Positions 9,848 through 20,252 of a stretch of 64,000 nt of DNA are shown one piece after another (position 1 is the first letter of the stretch; each line of letters opens with the position of its first letter). The stretch comes from an uncultured Chthonomonadaceae bacterium (GTDB taxonomy: Bacteria > Armatimonadota > Chthonomonadetes > Chthonomonadales > Chthonomonadaceae), in the NCBI GenBank assembly GCA_963817895.1, contig CAWFQB010000002.1, positions 608,001 to 672,000 of the forward strand, given 5' to 3'. The notes under the pieces are model-generated. The model saw nothing but the letters and a program-made list of their open reading frames with translations. It ran no database searches and was not told the origin of the DNA. The position numbers and the translations under genes are program-made.

Positions 9848-10183
9848 ATGAAGACAATGCCTAGCGTAGTTGAAGAGCGTCGTATTGGTGTCATAGATTT
9901 GCCGGAAACGGATGTGCCGCCGACCGATGGCGGATTGGAGCATACGCCGGATGATACGGGAAGCGATTTCGGCAGATGCCCGGTGTGCCAGAAGCCGCTT
10001 CGCCCACACGACCCAAATACCGGTGAGCCGCGAACGCCGCCCGTCGGCAAAGGGTTTTCCAGCCGCGCCAAATGCGGCGGGTGTGGCACGATTTTGTACT
10101 ACAAGGGTGACAAAGAGTGGGGCATCCTCCTGGACAGCGACCTGTCCGACGAAGACCGCGCCCTTGATAAACTCCGCTGGTAA
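9848..10183 (+). CDS. Small zinc-ribbon protein
   Basis: CPVC...CGGC; AGGAAGG RBS. Confidence 0.7.
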   Translation: MKTMPSVVEERRIGVIDLPETDVPPTDGGLEHTPDDTGSDFGRCPVCQKPLRPHDPNTGEPRTPPVGKGFSSRAKCGGCGTILYYKGDKEWGILLDSDLSDEDRALDKLRW

Positions 10184-10271
10184 GCAGGAATATTGGTTTT
10201 CCGCGCGGAACAAGCGCTTCATGTAACATTTCCCCTGCTAACAATCTCTAAGAACCTGCTTTCCATACGTT

Positions 10272-10313
10272 CCCCTTCTCCCAGTATTGGGAGAAGGGGT
10301 CAGGGATTGAGGG
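10272..10313. repeat. CCCCTTCTCCCA/TGGGAGAAGGGG palindrome with GGGATTGAGGG tail
   Basis: 12-bp perfect IR; same architecture as 327-374. Confidence 0.75.
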
Positions 10314-10386
10314 CTATAGGAAACATTTTGAACTCATTCGCTGCGTTTTCAGGCGCAGCCACTCGGCGCGATGAGGAGATACAATT

Positions 10387-11721
10387 ATGCCGGACAACAA
10401 ACGAATAGATCGGCGCGGGTTTTTGAAGAGCGCGGCAACTGTGGGAGCGGGTATCGGCCTGTTCCACATTGTTCCCGCGTCCGCAATGGGGCGCAACGGC
10501 AAGACCGCGCCCTCGAACCGCGTGGTTATGGGCTGCATCGGACTTGGGGGGCAGGGTTCGGGGAATATGGGCGCGTTCCTCGGCCAGCCGGACACGCAGA
10601 TTATCGCTGTCTGCGACGTGGACCTGAACCATCTCAATGGCGCGCAGCATACTGTCAACGACCACTACAAAACAATGGACTGCACCGCCTACCACGATTT
10701 CCGCGAACTGCTGGCCCGCAAGGACATTGATGCCATTTCCCTTGCCACGCCCGACCACTGGCACGCCGTTCCCGCGATTATGGCGCTGAACGCGGGCATG
10801 GACGTGTACGGCGAAAAACCTATTTCACACTGCCTGATGGAGGGCCGCTACATGGCCGACGCGCAGAAGAGAAACGCGCGTATCTGGCAAACGGGAAGCT
10901 GGCAGCGCTCGCAAGACAACTTCCGCAAAGCCTGCGAGTTGGTACGCAACGGACGAGTGGGCAAGGTTGTTCGTATCGAAGTGGGATTGCCCACCGGCAG
11001 CCCGCATGGGCCTGTCACCTTCAAAGACGCGCCTCCCGAACTGGATTACGAGTTCTGGGTCGGGCCATCGCGTATGCAGCCGTACTGCGACGAGCGGACG
11101 CACTGGAACTGGCGCTGGCAGCTTGATTACGGTGGCGGTCAAATGATGGACTGGATCGGCCACCATGCCGACATCGCCAACTGGGGCATGGGATGGGACA
11201 GCTACGGCCCGTCCGAAGTGGAGGGCAAGGGCGAGTACCCGACCGAAGGCATCTGGAACGCGGCCACCACCTACCATGTCGTTGCCAAATACAAAGCGCA
11301 TGGTCCTGTCGCGCATCCAAACGGCGTGGAATTGCACGTCGCCAACGACGGCAACGCGAACATCCGCAGCGGAACCAAATGGATTGGCGAAGACGGCAGT
11401 TGGGTGTGGGTAGACCGGGGCGGCTTCGACGCCAGCCAGAAGGGTTTGTTGCAGGAGCGTATCAGCCCCAATGAGGTACAACTGTACCGCAGCCCCGGCC
11501 ATCAGCGCGAATTCGTGGATTGCGTGAAAACCCGGCATCAGCCCCTCGCCCCGGCGGAAACCGCGCACCGCGCCGCGTCCATCGGGCATTTAGGCCAGAT
11601 TGCCATGCTGTTGGGCCGCAAAATACGCTGGAACCCGGAAACCGAAACCATTGCCGACGATCCCGCCGCCACCCGCATGTTATCCACACCCATGCGCTCT
11701 CCGTGGCATTTAGAAGCGTAG
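10387..11721 (+). CDS. Tat-exported Gfo/Idh/MocA oxidoreductase
   Basis: DRRGFLK Tat motif, IGLGGQG, ATPDHWH, YGEKP. Confidence 0.93.
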   Translation: MPDNKRIDRRGFLKSAATVGAGIGLFHIVPASAMGRNGKTAPSNRVVMGCIGLGGQGSGNMGAFLGQPDTQIIAVCDVDLNHLNGAQHTVNDHYKTMDCTAYHDFRELLARKDIDAISLATPDHWHAVPAIMALNAGMDVYGEKPISHCLMEGRYMADAQKRNARIWQTGSWQRSQDNFRKACELVRNGRVGKVVRIEVGLPTGSPHGPVTFKDAPPELDYEFWVGPSRMQPYCDERTHWNWRWQLDYGGGQMMDWIGHHADIANWGMGWDSYGPSEVEGKGEYPTEGIWNAATTYHVVAKYKAHGPVAHPNGVELHVANDGNANIRSGTKWIGEDGSWVWVDRGGFDASQKGLLQERISPNEVQLYRSPGHQREFVDCVKTRHQPLAPAETAHRAASIGHLGQIAMLLGRKIRWNPETETIADDPAATRMLSTPMRSPWHLEA

Positions 11722-11726
11722 ACAAA

Positions 11727-11829
11727 GTGGAGAGTGAAGAGTGAGAGTGAAGAGTGAGAGTGAGAGTAAATGCTTGTTCTCTCACTCTCACTTAGCACTT
11801 TCACTACATTCTACTCTCACTCTCACTTC
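11727..11829. repeat. (GAGAGT/GAAGAGT)n ... (ACTCTC)n inverted-pair repeat
   Basis: Tandem tract followed by its reverse complement; related tract at 16504-16530. Confidence 0.7.
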
Positions 11830-11844
11830 CCCAAAGGACCAAGC

Positions 11845-13902
11845 ATGAAGCCGACCCGTAGAATCGCGACCGCGTTGACGCTGCTCGCGCTGGGCGCGGG
11901 CGCCGCCGTTGCCACGCGCGCCGGAGCGCAGACCGCCCCGCAAGATGATCCCTTCGAGAAACTCAAAACCTACGATTTTCAGAGCCGGGGGCCGGTCGAG
12001 GCCATCCGCAACCTGATTGACCAATCCGTCACGGATAAAACCGCCACTTCGCAGATCGAGCAGAAACTGGACGCGGTTCTGGACGATCCCGCCGCCACGT
12101 TTGCCGGCAAACAGGAGGCCGCCCGCTTTCTGTGGGTAATCGGTTCCGGCAGAAGCGTGCCGTCACTGGCAAAAATGCTTGCTGATGACAAACTGGCCGA
12201 TGTCGCCCGCTACGCATTGGAGCGCAACGCCGATCCGGGCGCGGCCAAAGCGTTGCGCGAAGCGGTCACGACAACGAAAGACAAAACGCGCATTGGCGTT
12301 ATCAACTCTCTGGGCAACCGGGGGGATGCGGACGCCGTACCCGTCCTGAAGCCGCTGGTGGCCTCTTCCGACACAACAGTTTCAGAAGCGGCTATTATGG
12401 CGCTTGGCAAAATCGGAACCCCTGCCGCTGTATCCACTCTTCGCGCCCTGCCGCCCGACAACACGCAGGCCGGACGGGCGATGATTCGCGCGGCGGAACG
12501 GCTGGCGGCAAGCGGCAAAAAATCCGATGCGCAGAAATTATACGAGGGGTTGGCGGGAGAAAGCCGTCCTAATGTGATTCGGGCGGGAGCCGTTCGCGGA
12601 TTAGCGGCGATGCAGTCGCCCCGCGCTGTTGCCGTATCACTGTCCGCGTTGAAATCTTCTGACACCTATTTGCAGCAGGTGGCCGCACAGGTTTTGGGCC
12701 AGTTGAATACGCCCGCCGCCACTGCGGAAGCCGAAGCCGCGTGGCCTACCCTGCCGCCTGCCGCGCAAACCGTGCTGCTGACGGCGTGGGCGGACCGCAA
12801 CGAAACGAGCGCGGGCGCGTTAGCGCTGCTGGCAACCGAAAGCGCTGATCCTGCCGCGCGTCAGGCGGGCATTTATGCCAGCGGACGTATCGGAGGCGTG
12901 AAAGCCGTGCCGCGCCTTGCGGACATTGTGGTACATGGGCAGGGCGGGGATCGCAACAGCGCGCGGGAAGCCTTAGCAGGCATGTCGGGCGCGGACGTGG
13001 ATACCTCCATTCTGCAACTGGCGCAGAACGGTTCGGCGGACGCGCGCGGAGCGATGCTGAACATTCTGGCGGATCGCCCGACCCCAACCACGCGGGCCGC
13101 CCTGCTCAACGCCGCCAAAGGCAGTGATTCTCGCGTTGCGGTTCAATCCCTCCGCGCATTAGGACGTATCGGAAGCGCGGCTGAGTACCCGGAACTGATT
13201 CAATTAACGGTCACAACGTCGAATGATGACGCGCGGGACGCGGCACGGGACGCGGTTGTATCCATCAGCGGGCGCGTAGGCAATGGCGAACAGGCCGCAG
13301 CACCGGTTCTGGCGGCGTATGCGGGCGCGTCCTCACAGGGCAAATCCGCTCTTCTGCCCGTGCTTGCCAACATCGGCACGGATCGCGCTTTGGCCGAACT
13401 GACGAACGCGACAAAATCTGGGGACGCGGGCGTGAAGCAGTCCGCTGTCACAGCCCTTGCCGAAACATGGGCTGATACGCGCCCACTGCCCACACTGCTG
13501 AATATCGCGTCCACCGACAGCGATAAATCCCTGCGCGTACAGGCGTTGCGCGGGTATCTGCGCCTTGTGCAGCAGGACGAGCGCATGGGGAGTGTGGAGA
13601 AAGTCGGTCGCGTGGGTCAGGCGTTGCAGACCGCGCAACGTCCCGAAGAGAAGCGACAGGCGCTCAATATCCTGCGCGATGTTCGCGTGACGCAGGCGGT
13701 AGAGTTAAGCGCGAAGTATCTGGACGACCCGGAGGTATTTTCGGACGCGGCGAACACCGTGATTTACCTCGCAGGCCCACAGCGCAGAAACAACCGTAAT
13801 CTGCCTGCGGTCAAGGGATCGGCCACAACCGCCGCGCTGACCAAGGTGATTGAAATGACCAAAGACGACAATCAAAAGGCGCTGGCGCAAAGCCTCCGGT
13901 GA
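11845..13902 (+). CDS. Secreted HEAT-repeat protein
   Basis: Signal peptide MKPTRRIATALTLL...AGA-Q; repeated ALGKIG/ALGRIG PBS-HEAT motifs; AAGGA RBS. Confidence 0.85.
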   Translation: MKPTRRIATALTLLALGAGAAVATRAGAQTAPQDDPFEKLKTYDFQSRGPVEAIRNLIDQSVTDKTATSQIEQKLDAVLDDPAATFAGKQEAARFLWVIGSGRSVPSLAKMLADDKLADVARYALERNADPGAAKALREAVTTTKDKTRIGVINSLGNRGDADAVPVLKPLVASSDTTVSEAAIMALGKIGTPAAVSTLRALPPDNTQAGRAMIRAAERLAASGKKSDAQKLYEGLAGESRPNVIRAGAVRGLAAMQSPRAVAVSLSALKSSDTYLQQVAAQVLGQLNTPAATAEAEAAWPTLPPAAQTVLLTAWADRNETSAGALALLATESADPAARQAGIYASGRIGGVKAVPRLADIVVHGQGGDRNSAREALAGMSGADVDTSILQLAQNGSADARGAMLNILADRPTPTTRAALLNAAKGSDSRVAVQSLRALGRIGSAAEYPELIQLTVTTSNDDARDAARDAVVSISGRVGNGEQAAAPVLAAYAGASSQGKSALLPVLANIGTDRALAELTNATKSGDAGVKQSAVTALAETWADTRPLPTLLNIASTDSDKSLRVQALRGYLRLVQQDERMGSVEKVGRVGQALQTAQRPEEKRQALNILRDVRVTQAVELSAKYLDDPEVFSDAANTVIYLAGPQRRNNRNLPAVKGSATTAALTKVIEMTKDDNQKALAQSLR

Positions 13903-13964
13903 GCAGGGAGGAAAGCCTTCTGATTGTTTCTTATCACAGCAACGGTCGGCTCCAGGCTCCACGC

Positions 13965-14010
13965 CTAAAACAAAGTAGGGACACAACATTGTGTCCCTAC
14001 TTTGTTTTAG
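13965..14010. repeat. GTAGGGACACAA REP palindrome with extended arms; probable bidirectional terminator
   Basis: 22-bp perfect IR between convergent genes; core shared with 26639 and 32753. Confidence 0.85.
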
Positions 14011-14043
14011 TTGAACGATACTGGTATTAGACTGAAAGGGTTT

Positions 14044-14775
14044 TCAGCCTGAAACCAGATTTGCTTTGCCGGTTTGCAGATCGTAGATTGCGCCGGCAAT
14101 TTTTACATGTCCCTGCCGCACATGCTCGGCCACAATCGGTTTGAGCGCGCGCAGTTGTTCCATGCCAAGCTGCACATTGGCGCGGATGGCGTTTTCCAAC
14201 ATATCGCCAGGCGCGTGTTCCACTTTGGCGACAGCGGGTTCGATCATGTGGACAAGGCTGGTAATAGAACCGGGCAGGCTGTGCTTGTCATGGTGATACT
14301 GCACAGCCGCGCGGACAGCCGCGCACTGGCTATGACCTAAAATCATAACGAGGGGTACGCCAACCTGTTCCACCGCAAATTCCACACTGGCTTTTATCAC
14401 GGCTCCCGCGCTGTTGACCACATTGCCCGCCACCCGAATCACAAACAGGTCGCCAATCCCCATGTCGAACAGAATTTCCGGCGGAACCCGCGAGTCGGCG
14501 CAGCCGATCACGGCAGCAAGGGGTTTTTGCCCCGCTGCCACCGCCTTGAAATCTTCGGGACGGGCGCGCGGATGCCGCAGTTCCCCCTTTACAAAACGCG
14601 CGTTGCCGTCCATCATCTCTTTCAAAGCGTCGTCCGCGCTCATGCGGGGCTGCGGTCGGGGCGTGGCGGGCGGCGTTTGCGCGTCCGCGTCAGAAGCGGC
14701 ATTGCCAAGCGTCCAACTCAGCAGCGCGGCCCCGGAAACCTGCGTAAACTCGCGGCGGGAAAAACGTGAAGGCAT
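14044..14775 (-). CDS. Beta-class carbonic anhydrase with Tat signal
   Basis: SRREF Tat motif; CADSRV, RVAGN, GHSQCAA zinc ligands. Confidence 0.93.
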   Translation of the reverse strand: MPSRFSRREFTQVSGAALLSWTLGNAASDADAQTPPATPRPQPRMSADDALKEMMDGNARFVKGELRHPRARPEDFKAVAAGQKPLAAVIGCADSRVPPEILFDMGIGDLFVIRVAGNVVNSAGAVIKASVEFAVEQVGVPLVMILGHSQCAAVRAAVQYHHDKHSLPGSITSLVHMIEPAVAKVEHAPGDMLENAIRANVQLGMEQLRALKPIVAEHVRQGHVKIAGAIYDLQTGKANLVSG

Positions 14776-14776
14776 C

Positions 14777-16255
14777 CTAATTCTCCTCTATGTAATACTT
14801 GTCAGGCTGCGTTTGAATACTGGGCTGTCCGTCAATGTTGAGGACAAGCACGGACGCGCTTGAATCCGGCAGATGATCGGGCAGGCGCAGGGTTACGCCG
14901 TATTTGGTTTTCTTGACCGGAACGGCTTTGCGTGAAGGGTCGGCTAGAAAGTACGCGGACGTGATTTTGTTTTGCAGGCCGGGGAGGTCGAGCGTATCGC
15001 CCGGACGCTTGTACAGGTGCAGGTAGATTTTACCCGAATTGGCAGTACACGCGCCCCAATCGAATTTGCGGCTGCCGAAGGGACTCGGTGATGTACCGTA
15101 AATGGCTTCGCCGTTTGTTTTCAGCCATTCGCCCATGCCGATAAGCCGGTCCTGCATGATTACTGGAATTCGCCCGTCTGCTGTCGGCCCGATGTCGAGT
15201 AATAGATTGCCGCCCTGACTGACCATGCCGATAAGCAGGCGTATCAGTTCCGGCGTCGTCCGGTAATTGTCGTAATCCTCGTTGCGGTTGTAGCCGAAAC
15301 TGGCCCCGATGCCCCGGTTCTCTTCCCATTTATGCTGCGCAGTGGCGTCGGCCTTGAAATCCGTGAAGCCGCCATACTCGGTCGTATAATAGCCGCCGTG
15401 CTTGCCCCGCGTGTCGCTGCCCCACCGGTCGTTGATAACCACATCGTCGCCGGTTCCGCTGTCATTGTATAGCCACGCCATCAGTTCGGGCGTATGCCAT
15501 TCCGCCGACGTGTGTTCCCATTCCCCGTCCGCGAAAATAATGGACGGCTTGTAGCGCGTGACCAAATCCTTGAACTGCGGGAAGAAATGCTCGTCGCGAA
15601 AGCGGGCAAAATCGGATTTATAAAGGGGGTTGTACCACTCGTACAGCGAATAGTAGAAGCCCATTTTCAGCCCACGAGCGCGTACCGCCGCGCTCAAATC
15701 GCCTGCAAGGTCGCGATGCGGCCCCACTTCCACGCTGTTCCACGCCCGCCCCCAATCCCGCGTCGCCTCCCTGCTCGGCCACAGGCAAAATCCTTCGTGG
15801 TGCTTGGAGGTCAGGGCCACATATTTCGCGCCGCTGCGGGCAAACACGTCCGCCCACTGCTGCGGATTGAACAACTCGGCCTTGAACAGGGGCGCGAAGT
15901 TCTCATACGGAAATTCTTTGCCGTAATTTTGTTCGTGGAACTGCCGGGTCGGATTCTTGGGATCGTTGAGGTAGTTCCAGTACCATTCGGCATACGTGCC
16001 TTTTTTGCCCCACGACGGCACGGAATACACGCCCCAGTGAATGAAAATGCCAAACTTCGCATCTTTGTACCATTGTGGAATTGGGCGGCTGTCCAGCGAT
16101 GTCCAGTTCGCCTCGTACCTTTTGGCGTATTTTTTCACAGCGGCAGTTTTAGGGACGGGGACAATTTTGCCGTTTGCGGGCGCGGAGAAAGCGGGCGTTT
16201 GGGACCTTGCGCCGATCAGCAGCAACGCGGCAAGCAGGTTTCGAGCGTATTTCAT
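14777..16255 (-). CDS. Alpha-L-fucosidase (GH29), secreted
   Basis: AKFGIFIHWGVYSVP, TSKHHEGF, INDRWG, GGNLLLDIGP; AAGGAG RBS before ATG 16255. Confidence 0.95.
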   Translation of the reverse strand: MKYARNLLAALLLIGARSQTPAFSAPANGKIVPVPKTAAVKKYAKRYEANWTSLDSRPIPQWYKDAKFGIFIHWGVYSVPSWGKKGTYAEWYWNYLNDPKNPTRQFHEQNYGKEFPYENFAPLFKAELFNPQQWADVFARSGAKYVALTSKHHEGFCLWPSREATRDWGRAWNSVEVGPHRDLAGDLSAAVRARGLKMGFYYSLYEWYNPLYKSDFARFRDEHFFPQFKDLVTRYKPSIIFADGEWEHTSAEWHTPELMAWLYNDSGTGDDVVINDRWGSDTRGKHGGYYTTEYGGFTDFKADATAQHKWEENRGIGASFGYNRNEDYDNYRTTPELIRLLIGMVSQGGNLLLDIGPTADGRIPVIMQDRLIGMGEWLKTNGEAIYGTSPSPFGSRKFDWGACTANSGKIYLHLYKRPGDTLDLPGLQNKITSAYFLADPSRKAVPVKKTKYGVTLRLPDHLPDSSASVLVLNIDGQPSIQTQPDKYYIEEN

Positions 16256-16419
16256 GGCAGGCGCTCCTTTTGAGAATAGCATAGTATGCTTCATGTATTC
16301 GCGTATCATGGCCTGAACTCCTCTTACATGCAGGACAATAGCCACTTTTCACGACCTGCGCGACTATCCTTTACCCGTCGTTAAGCAATCCGCAACCCTT
16401 GTGCGACACAGGCAAGGAT

Positions 16420-16445
16420 GCAACTTATTTTCATTGTTCGCCGTC
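16420..16445 (+). promoter_or_regulatory. Putative ECF-sigma promoter (GCAAC-N17-CGTC) for the MoxR operon
   Basis: Matches the general ECF AAC/CGT consensus about 110 bp upstream of ATG 16554. Confidence 0.4.
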
Positions 16446-16553
16446 ATAGTGTGCGATACGGTTGTATTCTCCATACTTACGAACAGAGTTGACCGAAGGT
16501 GGGACTCTCACTCTCACTTGCCACTCTCGCTTTCTAAGCCCTGATACGAAATT

Positions 16554-17619
16554 ATGCAAATAATCACACCCCGGCAGTTGAGCAAACTGCTTCTAAACGT
16601 TGCCATGACGCGCACAGTTTTTATCTGGGGGCCGCCCGGCATCGGCAAATCCGCGCTTGTGGAACGGTTCGCCCGTGAGGTCGGGCTGGACTGCGTCTCC
16701 CTGCTCGGTTCGCAACTGGCCCCGGAAGACCTGATCGGCGTCCCGCGCATCGAAGATGGGCGTTCCGTGTTCTGCCCGCCGCGCATGATTGCCCGCGATG
16801 AGGCGTACCTGCTGTTCGTGGACGAACTCAACGCCTGCTCATTCGAGGTGCAAAAAGCGTTTTACAGCCTCATCAATGATCGGCGGCTTGGCGAGTACCA
16901 TCTTCCCGCCGGTTCCGTTGTCGTCGGGGCGGGCAACCGGGCGCAGGATCAGGCGATTGTGAAACCGATGTCGTCCGCCCTGATGAACCGGATGCTGCAC
17001 GTTGAATTGAAGCCGACCGCCCGCGACTGGCTGGATTGGGCGTATGCGCAGGGCATTCACGAGTGGATCATTCGTTACATCGAAACCCGCCCCGACCATC
17101 TGGCCGCGCCCGCCGCCCAAAACCGAAGAAACGTTCAGCACGCCGCGCTCATGGCATATTCTGAGCGACGCCCTGCTCGCTTACGGTTCCGAGGTCAACG
17201 CCGGACGAGATCGAAATGCTGGCGTCCGGCTGTCTGAGCGGCAGCCATGCCCGCAGTTTCGGCGCGTTCATCAAGCAGTTGATGGGAACCCTGCGCATCG
17301 AGAAAATACTGTCCGGCGAACAGCCGCTTTGCCGCGTTCCGCCGAAGACCGGGACGTGTTGTATTTCATTGTGCAGTCCATTCGCGCCCAACTCGCCAAA
17401 ACCCTGCCGCCCGAACGCGACGATGTCCGCCCCGCCCACCGCCAGATGGTCACGCAGGCCAAGCGCGTGTTGGTAGACCTGTGCGACATCAGCGTGGAAA
17501 TGGCGACGGTCATGGTAGCCGAAGAGATGGGCGAATCCGCCCGCAACCTGCCCGCGTGGTTTCTGGTGGAAGTGGTACGCGACCTGCCCCGTCTCGCGCA
17601 GCGCGTAGCGGTAAAATAA
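16554..17619 (+). CDS. MoxR-type AAA+ ATPase (frameshifts near 17105, 17205, 17330)
   Basis: WGPPGIGKS Walker A, LLFVDELN Walker B, GAGNR, ALMNR, TPRSW across three frames. Confidence 0.85.
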
Positions 17620-17624
17620 GGGGG

Positions 17625-17682
17625 CAGGATTCAGGATTCAGGGGTCAGGCGTAATCCACAATCAAAAATCGTCAATCAAAAA
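17625..17682. repeat. Heptamer tracts (CAGGATT-type, then AATCNAA-type)
   Basis: Two adjacent 7-bp repeat families in the intergenic gap. Confidence 0.55.
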
Positions 17683-19568
17683 TGAACAAAGAACGGAAGC
17701 AAAAAGAACAGCATAAGGAAGACCGACTGACGCGGACGCGGCAGCGGATACGGGGCGCGTGTTCGCAATTGCACAAGTCCGTGCTGTCGCCACTGCTTGC
17801 CAATGTCACGCTGTCGGAATGTGACGAGTCGGACAGTGACGTTGCCATCGGGGGCGTATCGCCGTCGAGTAATGCGCTGTGGGTCAATCCGCATCGGCGG
17901 CAGGAGTTGGGCGAGGCGGAATGGACGTTCATTCTCGCGCATCTGCTGCTGCATCTTGGGTTGGGACACGAGGCGGCATTGCCCGATAAACACGCCCTGC
18001 TGTGGACGCTGGCCTGCGAACACGCTTCAGACAATCTGGCCGCGTCCCTGCATCTGGGACGCGCGCCCCACGATTACGGCGTGGATACCGCCTTTGCGGG
18101 CATGACGGAAAACACTATTTACGACCTGCTTGCCAACGACAAACGCGCCCTTGCCAATGTGAAAACGTATGCGGGCGCAGGCCGTTCCGACATCATACGC
18201 CGCGAACCCCGTTCCGGCGTATCCCGTTCCATCGGCGAGTTGTATCAAACAGGCGGCAAGCGGCGCGATTACGAAATGCTGCTGGCGGAAGGCATCCGCA
18301 TGGGCGTGGAACGGGCGGTCGAGGAGGCGGCGGACACATTGGGGCAGGCAACGGAAGACCGAACCAAAACATGGCGCCCGCTTGAAAACGCGAAACGCTG
18401 GGTGATGAACGAGCTTCCGCTGCTGGGGGCATTGGCGGCGCAGTTGCGCGTGATTGCCGATGGCGCGATGTGCGACCGCATGGACATACCCGTCGCGGCG
18501 GTCAATGCGGGATTAGGCGAAATCTATTTTCATACCGGGCGCGGATTGTCGCAGGAGGAGGTATTGTTCGTGTACGTTCACGAACTGCTGCACGTCGCGC
18601 TTCTGCACCATGCCCGCTTACAGGGCCGTGACCCCTATCTTTGGAATCTAGCGGCGGATTTTGTCATCAACGGCTGGCTGGTGGAGATGGGCGTGGGGCA
18701 GTTCCCGCACGTCGGCGGCCTGTACGATCCGCGCTTGAAGGGCATGTCAGCCGAAGAAGTGTACGATCTGTTGGGGCGTGACCCGCGCAAATGCAAAGAA
18801 TCTGGTCGGCTTCGGCGGCAAAAAGGGCGACGTGCTGCTGGACGAGCGGCGCATCTACAAGGGCGAAGTGTCCACGCTGGACGACGTATACCGGCGGTGC
18901 ATGGCGTCGGGATTGGCGTGTCAGGGGTACGGGCGCGGCACGATGCCCGCCGGACTTGATCGAAGAGATCAAATCGCTGTTCACGCCGCCCGTGCCGTGG
19001 GATGTGGAACTGGCGCGGTGGATGGACGTCGCATGTTCCGATTGTGCGCGAAACCCTGCGCTCGTATGGACGGGCCAGTCGGCGGCAGGCGTCCACTCCC
19101 GATATTCCGCGCCCCGCCCGGTATGTGCCGCAGGAGTGGCGCGACGCCTGCACGTTCGGCGTGGTTTTGGATACGTCCGGCTCGATGGATCGGGAATTGT
19201 TGGGGCGGGCATTGGGCGCAATCGCGTCCTATGCCGAAGCCCGCGAAGTTCCTGCGGTTCGACTGGTCTTGTGCGACGCCGCGCCGTATGACCGGGGCTT
19301 TCTCTGCCCTACCGACCTGCGCGGCATATTCCCGGTTCAGGGGCGAGGAGGAACGGTTTTGCAGCCCGCCATCAACTACCTGCTCAACCGCCCGGACTTT
19401 CCCGGTTCCGCGCCCGTAATGATTATCACGGATGGCTGGTGCGAGGAGGAGTTGCTCGTGCCGCGCGACCATTGCTTTGTTATGCCGCGCAAAGGCTGGA
19501 AGGAGGGCGCAATGCCGCTAAGAACGTCCGCCCCCATCTTCCGCGTCCTCAAACCGGATCAGGAATAA
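17682..19568 (+). CDS. DUF2201-type putative metallopeptidase + vWA domain protein (frameshifted)
   Basis: HELLH...WNLAADFVIN; DTSGSM MIDAS, GRGGT, IITDG in the downstream frame. Confidence 0.85.
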
Positions 19569-19586
19569 CGAATAGGCGAGTGTTTC

Positions 19587-20210
19587 ATGCCGACAGAGAC
19601 TATTGCCGATTTAGACAGGGTTCCTATTGTGGAGTGCGGAGAACCGTTGGTGGATTTGCGAACGGCTTGCCCGAATGTGGAAGTCGGTACGCACCCGATT
19701 TTCCTGCGCTCCGGCGCGGCGGAACGCTTAAATGCAGCGCAGGCATGGCTGGAAACGCATCATCCCGGCTACGGTTTGCGCGTTGGCGATGCGTACCGCA
19801 GTTTCGACAAGCAGGCGCGTTTATTTCGCATTGCCTGCCGCGTTTCGCGTCTGCTGCATCCCTTCCGTTCCCGCGCTTATGTCCACGATGCCGCCAATAA
19901 GTACGTCGCCGCGACAGATACAATCTCTCCCCCGCCCCATACGACGGGCGGAGCAGTTGACGTCGGACTGCTCACGCCCAATGGCAAACGCGCCGATATG
20001 GGGCCGTTCACCCTTGCCGCAACCCGCGCCGACTACGTCGAACTCTCTCCCCTTGCCCGATCTCATCGTGAAATGTTGTTCGCCGCAATGGAACACGCCG
20101 GCTTTTCCAACTATCCCGAAGAGTGGTGGCACTGGTCCTACGGCGACAGCGGCTGGGCATGGCGCACTTCTCAACCCTGCGCCTGTTATAACAGGTGTTC
20201 CCTCTTATAG
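19587..20210 (+). CDS. D-Ala-D-Ala dipeptidase (M15, VanX/DdpX-like)
   Basis: DAYRS, HTTGGAVD, EEWWHWSYG. Confidence 0.9.
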   Translation: MPTETIADLDRVPIVECGEPLVDLRTACPNVEVGTHPIFLRSGAAERLNAAQAWLETHHPGYGLRVGDAYRSFDKQARLFRIACRVSRLLHPFRSRAYVHDAANKYVAATDTISPPPHTTGGAVDVGLLTPNGKRADMGPFTLAATRADYVELSPLARSHREMLFAAMEHAGFSNYPEEWWHWSYGDSGWAWRTSQPCACYNRCSLL

Positions 20211-20252
20211 TCAAGGCGATTGTTGGTTGATTTTCGTTCTTTATATAAGAAC

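Noticed and set aside
9066..10183. Prophage
   Set aside because: No structural, terminase or integrase genes nearby
11770..11844. N-terminal extensions of ORFs starting in repeats (also 27657-27707, 32709-32762, 35824-35853)
   Set aside because: Downstream starts fit better (RBS and/or domain start); the extensions are translations of intergenic repeats
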